In this document: piece after piece, positions 60,106 through 64,000 of the stretch
How positions within the stretch are numbered: the stretch's first letter is position 1
Layout: every line of letters starts with the position of its first letter
Source of the DNA: Oligoflexia bacterium
Lineage (GTDB): Bacteria; Bdellovibrionota; UBA1018
Reading direction: 5' to 3'
DNA length: 64,000 nucleotides
Assembly (NCBI GenBank): GCA_963758495.1
Contig: CAVWVI010000001.1
Location: 448,001 to 512,000 of the forward strand
Position numbers and translations under genes: made by a program
Notes under the pieces: generated by a model
Databases searched by the model: none
The model's input: only the letters and a program-made list of their open reading frames with translations
Told to the model about the DNA's origin: nothing

Positions 60106-60474
60106 TTATTGATCGGTCTTTAAAAAAATCGCCTGAATTTTTGAAATAATTTCTTTAATCAAGAATGGCTTTTGAAGAAATCCAGCAATGGTATAACCAT
60201 CAAATTCTTTATGATTTTCTAAAGAATCTCCACTACAGAGTATAAAAGGGATCTTTATATTTTTTGAGTTAAGATACATAAATAAGTCTGCTCCAGATCC
60301 CTGTTTCATATTGTAATCACAAATAATACCTGCAATGTCTTTTGTATTCTCCAGGACTGCTATCGCTTCAGCCACTGATCCAGCAACCACTGTGTCTATA
60401 TGTAATTTATTTTGAATAAGGGTAGACATTAGTTCCCTCAGGTCTGGTTCATCATCAACAATTAAAAGTTTCAT
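60106..60474 (-). CDS. Single-domain response regulator
   Basis: LLIVDDE, IICDYNM, FILCSG, LQKPF. Confidence 0.9.
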   Translation of the reverse strand: MKLLIVDDEPDLRELMSTLIQNKLHIDTVVAGSVAEAIAVLENTKDIAGIICDYNMKQGSGADLFMYLNSKNIKIPFILCSGDSLENHKEFDGYTIAGFLQKPFLIKEIISKIQAIFLKTDQ

Positions 60475-60533
60475 TATCCAATTATAAACTCCAAGTATTA
60501 TTAAGTCCTAGTTGATTATTTAATATCTATACC

Positions 60534-60573
60534 GTAAGCAGATCCTTTAGGGAGAGCAGCCCACTCTCCCTCC
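60534..60573 (+). repeat. 5'-end fragment D of the GTAAG element joined to a short hairpin
   Basis: GTAAGCAGATCCTTTAGGG, then AGGGAGAG-N7-CTCTCCCT next to the HAD gene stop codon. Confidence 0.55.
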
Positions 60574-61317
60574 CTATTCCACACTGTTTAATTCCCTTTC
60601 AAGTAAATTTCTAAGACCTGAATAGGTTCCACACCACGCAAATCCCGTAACACCATGCAATATAATTGACTTAAAAACAGGTTTCAAATGACTCAAATGA
60701 GGCTTCAACAAAAAGACATTAATTCCCAAATGAACTGCGGGCAAATCGTTTCGTTTATCATTACCTATCAATAGGCATTCGTTAGGATTTAGCTCCTCTT
60801 GCTCAATGAGTTCTTGATAGTATTCTAACTTAGGCTTACAGGCATGCATTCGTTTAGCATGAGTAAAAGAGCGAAAAGACTGTATATTAAGCCCTGCCCA
60901 CTTGACTCGAAGCTCAATCGCTTCTGGTAGCCAGATTGGATTTGTTGCAAGAATGAGAGGAAAATGATTTTCAGCCCATTTAATAAAGCTGGCTGCACCA
61001 GGGACGGGGAAAAAGTAACGACTTAGAGTAGGAAAAACATCCTGAATAGAACTCTCTAAAAGTCGCCGAGCATCCTCTTCTTTCATTTGAAAAGTATTTG
61101 CAAATGCCTGTACCATCCTTACTTCGTTAGTCTGCTCACTGGATGCGGAATCTGCAGCTACTTGAATCTGACGAATCGCTTGAATATGCTTATGAAATCC
61201 TCTGTGCAAACGCCAACTTTGCATAATACGAAAGATAAATTCTAGGCGCATCCGAAGACCGTCACCCGCAACTAACGTTCCATCTAGATCGACCAGAAGA
61301 TGAGTTATTTTTTTCAT
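60574..61317 (-). CDS. HAD family hydrolase
   Basis: LVDLDGTL, LATNP, CKP..YY, IGNDKRNDL. Confidence 0.9.
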   Translation of the reverse strand: MKKITHLLVDLDGTLVAGDGLRMRLEFIFRIMQSWRLHRGFHKHIQAIRQIQVAADSASSEQTNEVRMVQAFANTFQMKEEDARRLLESSIQDVFPTLSRYFFPVPGAASFIKWAENHFPLILATNPIWLPEAIELRVKWAGLNIQSFRSFTHAKRMHACKPKLEYYQELIEQEELNPNECLLIGNDKRNDLPAVHLGINVFLLKPHLSHLKPVFKSIILHGVTGFAWCGTYSGLRNLLERELNSVE

Positions 61318-61508
61318 AATTTACAGTTCGATTCTAGATTCTTAACCTCTTCAAAGAATCCAATCTCTTGGCTAACGTAATAACGAATTTATCACAAGCT
61401 TTCAACGCAGCGAGAAGTATTAAATTATTTTAACTTGACACGAAAGGACTTCCCTCAGTAGAGACACAGTTTTCCATAGGGAAGCAGCTTTCTTGGGGGG
61501 TCAGTAAT

Positions 61509-63083
61509 ATGTTGAATCGTCTAAAACTGATGCATCTGACTTTTCTAATTCTTCTTTCACAGATGAGTTATCAGATGAGTTATAGCAGCGATAGTCCAAA
61601 TCCTGGAGGATACCATTTTCCAGCTGAACACTGTAAGGATGCATGGTCTGAAGTCAAATCCGAAGACTACTTATATGACTTTGTAAATGATTCAAATATT
61701 TCCAATATTGAAAATGGAGGATATGAAAACTATCTTGAAAGACTGAAAAAAAAGAACCTAATCAGACAGAATTGCCATAAAAACTGGACTGTTTTTATCT
61801 ATATGGCAGCAACAAATGACTTGATACCCTACAGCTATAATAATCTTTATGAAATGGAATCTGGATCCTCTGTTTTTGACTCCTCTACTACGGGGTCAAG
61901 TTTGAGAACCGATGTAATTGTACAATTACATACTCAAAACAATGATAAAACGAGAAGATATCATATTTTTCAAAACCCAGAAAACAAGCCCCTGGAGCTC
62001 TCGAAAGACGAGGCCTTAAAACTTACTGAAAACGATATTCATTCCCCTTTCATTTCAATACCTCATAAAATAACTCGTTCCAAACAAAGCCAACGACTAG
62101 AAGACTTCCTCTCTTGGGGGATCGAAAACTATCCTTCTGAGCACTACCTTTTGATTATCTGGGGTCATGGGAAAAAGGGTGAATTAGCGATAGAAGGGGC
62201 CGATGAGTACCTTGACTTTCCCCGTATCCGTGAAGTACTACAAAATTTTAAAAAATGGACAGGTTCTTCTATTGATGTCTTTGCTACAGACTCTTGCCTA
62301 TGCCAAACCATAGAAGATGTAACTGAACTTTCTGGATGTACCGATTTTATCTGTGGATCAGAAGGAAGAGAAAGTTTAGCAGGATATCCATACGGCAACC
62401 TTTTGTATCATCTCAATTCAGGGACATTTAATTCAGCCCCAAGCAAATGCACAGGAAGTGAACTTGCATATAGCGAGCCTTATTTGTTAGCCTGGATGAT
62501 TTCACAACTCTACAAAGAGTCGCTAGATCCAGAAAATGGTACTCACAGAAAAATAGATCCAAAAATGTTTTTGAAATTAACCGCAAGTTCAATTTCAACA
62601 AAACATCTTAATTCAACGCTCATTCCAGCGTTACATTATCTAGGAATAGCCCTCAGTAACTTTATTGATGAGAACCCAAAAAGACGACTTCAATTAAATA
62701 TCATGATCCAAGAAAAGCCTTTTTTTGAAGATGACACACAAGACTTAGGTATCTTACTTAAAAAATTGAACACTCTTATACAGAAAGAAATCACAAACAA
62801 TAATGAAAACCCCACGCCTTCATTGTTAAAGCTAAAAAAAGCGCTAACCGATACTTATAACGCACTCAGCTATACTATCGTAAACGCAGCCCTAGGAAAA
62901 GAATACTCAGAATTTGATCCAAAGAAAGAATACGGACCAATGGGAATCTCAGTCTGGCTTCCTAGAACTATTCAAAGTTTCAAAAGCAGAATTGATAAAC
63001 TCTCAAAATCACTTTTCTATACTTATAGAATACCAAGCAAAGGATTAGGTTGGCAAACCTGGATTATGAAACTGTACGAGTGA
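61509..63083 (+). CDS. Secreted clostripain-family (C11) cysteine peptidase
   Basis: Signal peptide; WTVFIYMAATNDL, FLSWG..YP..HYLLIIWGHG, DSCLCQ, GSE, GISVWLP. Confidence 0.85.
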   Translation: MLNRLKLMHLTFLILLSQMSYQMSYSSDSPNPGGYHFPAEHCKDAWSEVKSEDYLYDFVNDSNISNIENGGYENYLERLKKKNLIRQNCHKNWTVFIYMAATNDLIPYSYNNLYEMESGSSVFDSSTTGSSLRTDVIVQLHTQNNDKTRRYHIFQNPENKPLELSKDEALKLTENDIHSPFISIPHKITRSKQSQRLEDFLSWGIENYPSEHYLLIIWGHGKKGELAIEGADEYLDFPRIREVLQNFKKWTGSSIDVFATDSCLCQTIEDVTELSGCTDFICGSEGRESLAGYPYGNLLYHLNSGTFNSAPSKCTGSELAYSEPYLLAWMISQLYKESLDPENGTHRKIDPKMFLKLTASSISTKHLNSTLIPALHYLGIALSNFIDENPKRRLQLNIMIQEKPFFEDDTQDLGILLKKLNTLIQKEITNNNENPTPSLLKLKKALTDTYNALSYTIVNAALGKEYSEFDPKKEYGPMGISVWLPRTIQSFKSRIDKLSKSLFYTYRIPSKGLGWQTWIMKLYE

Positions 63084-63119
63084 GAACAAGAATGACAATA
63101 GATTAAGCAAATCTTCCTC

Positions 63120-64000
63120 TCAAACTAATTTTACTTTTGCATTTGTCTTATTATTTATTAGGTCCTTTGGATCCAGCCCCACAATTTGAGCTAAAGGATG
63201 TAAAAAATTTGAATCCATTGTCTCGTAATGCAGAAGAAAAATTCTCTTCACAGCCTCTCTCGGCGTAATTTTAGACTGCTCCTTACCTTCCCCAATTACA
63301 AGGTCACAAAACTCATCGCAAACAGCAATAAGTCGAGCAACTGGGTGAATTCTGCTTTTTGTAAGTTTGAGAGGATATCCAGTTCCTATATTATTTTCAT
63401 GATGTTGTTTAATAATTTGTAAAATATCATCTGAAAAACAACTACTCTTAGAGAGAATCTCAACACCCTTTGCGACATGAGCTTCTAAAGCTTTAACTTC
63501 ACTACCTTTTAGCTCAGATCGCTTTTTATCCAATATTGCAGAATCTATTTCTTTCATCCCAATATCATGAAACATCCCAGCAATAGAAATCTTACTAAGA
63601 GTCTGAGGGGAGTTCCAACCCAGTTTCTTAGCAACTAAACAAGCATACATACTTACTGCGATGCTATGAGCATAGAGTTGGTCCGAACTATTTTTGATCG
63701 TTTCTAATAAACCCAGTATGTTACTACTATCCATCAAAATATCTAAGACCGACTCGGTAATTGCCATTGCTGAGTCTAAATCATCCTCATTAATTTCAGT
63801 CGAACACATTTTCTCAAGAATAACATCTGTAGTATGCTTTGCCAGAGTCAGCTTCTTATTTGAATTTAAATTCGGACTAGTGACGGCTGCCTTAGTTAGC
63901 ATTACCGTAAATTGATAATATTTTTTAAATTCCTCTTTAGTAAGGTATAAAAACCTGATCCCTTTAAGTTTATATGAATAAATTCTTTCAGCAGGAAGAT
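63120..64000 (-). CDS. HD-GYP domain protein, 5' end outside the window
   Basis: HSIAV, FHDIG, HHENNIGTGYP. Frame stays open from 63902 to the window end. Confidence 0.88.
   Translation of the reverse strand, partial: LPAERIYSYKLKGIRFLYLTKEEFKKYYQFTVMLTKAAVTSPNLNSNKKLTLAKHTTDVILEKMCSTEINEDDLDSAMAITESVLDILMDSSNILGLLETIKNSSDQLYAHSIAVSMYACLVAKKLGWNSPQTLSKISIAGMFHDIGMKEIDSAILDKKRSELKGSEVKALEAHVAKGVEILSKSSCFSDDILQIIKQHHENNIGTGYPLKLTKSRIHPVARLIAVCDEFCDLVIGEGKEQSKITPREAVKRIFLLHYETMDSNFLHPLAQIVGLDPKDLINNKTNAKVKLV

Noticed and set aside
61430..61508. Possible structured leader (CTTCCCT...AGGGAAG) upstream of the clostripain gene
   Set aside because: Only a 7-bp stem with a long loop; no riboswitch consensus recognised.

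Overview
Roughly 40% GC bacterial chromosome segment. Gene content (many REC/HD-GYP proteins, a second S1 paralog, an ACIII-caa3 operon, many secreted hydrolases) suggests Bdellovibrionota/Oligoflexia; this is an inference. Housekeeping blocks: the end of a his operon (hisB-H-A-F-IE), an S1-domain protein, a DEAD-box helicase, two HI0933-family flavoproteins, FtsH, a complete alternative complex III (actA-G) + SCO + caa3-type oxidase operon, and a divergent arginine cluster (argG-argH / argC-argJ-argB-argF) with three ARG boxes. Accessory blocks: a ferritin-like DUF455/ATP-grasp fusion, a secreted FAD oxidase, a MACPF-like protein, papain-, HtrA- and clostripain-type proteases, five co-oriented signal-peptide proteins (two tandem-LOG/SLOG paralogs, two paralogs with PRTase-like motifs, one orphan), and a secreted Hanks-type kinase with a C-terminal SH2-like domain. 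The main non-genic discovery is a ~101-bp palindromic repeat family with GTAAG...CTTAC ends and a co-varying hairpin, present as six copies or fragments. One copy sits in frame inside the HtrA signal peptide and two abut sigma54 promoters. A local sigma54 regulon with candidate enhancer sites is also visible. No rRNA, tRNA, CRISPR array or transposase was recognised. All calls come from reading motifs by eye, without database searches.
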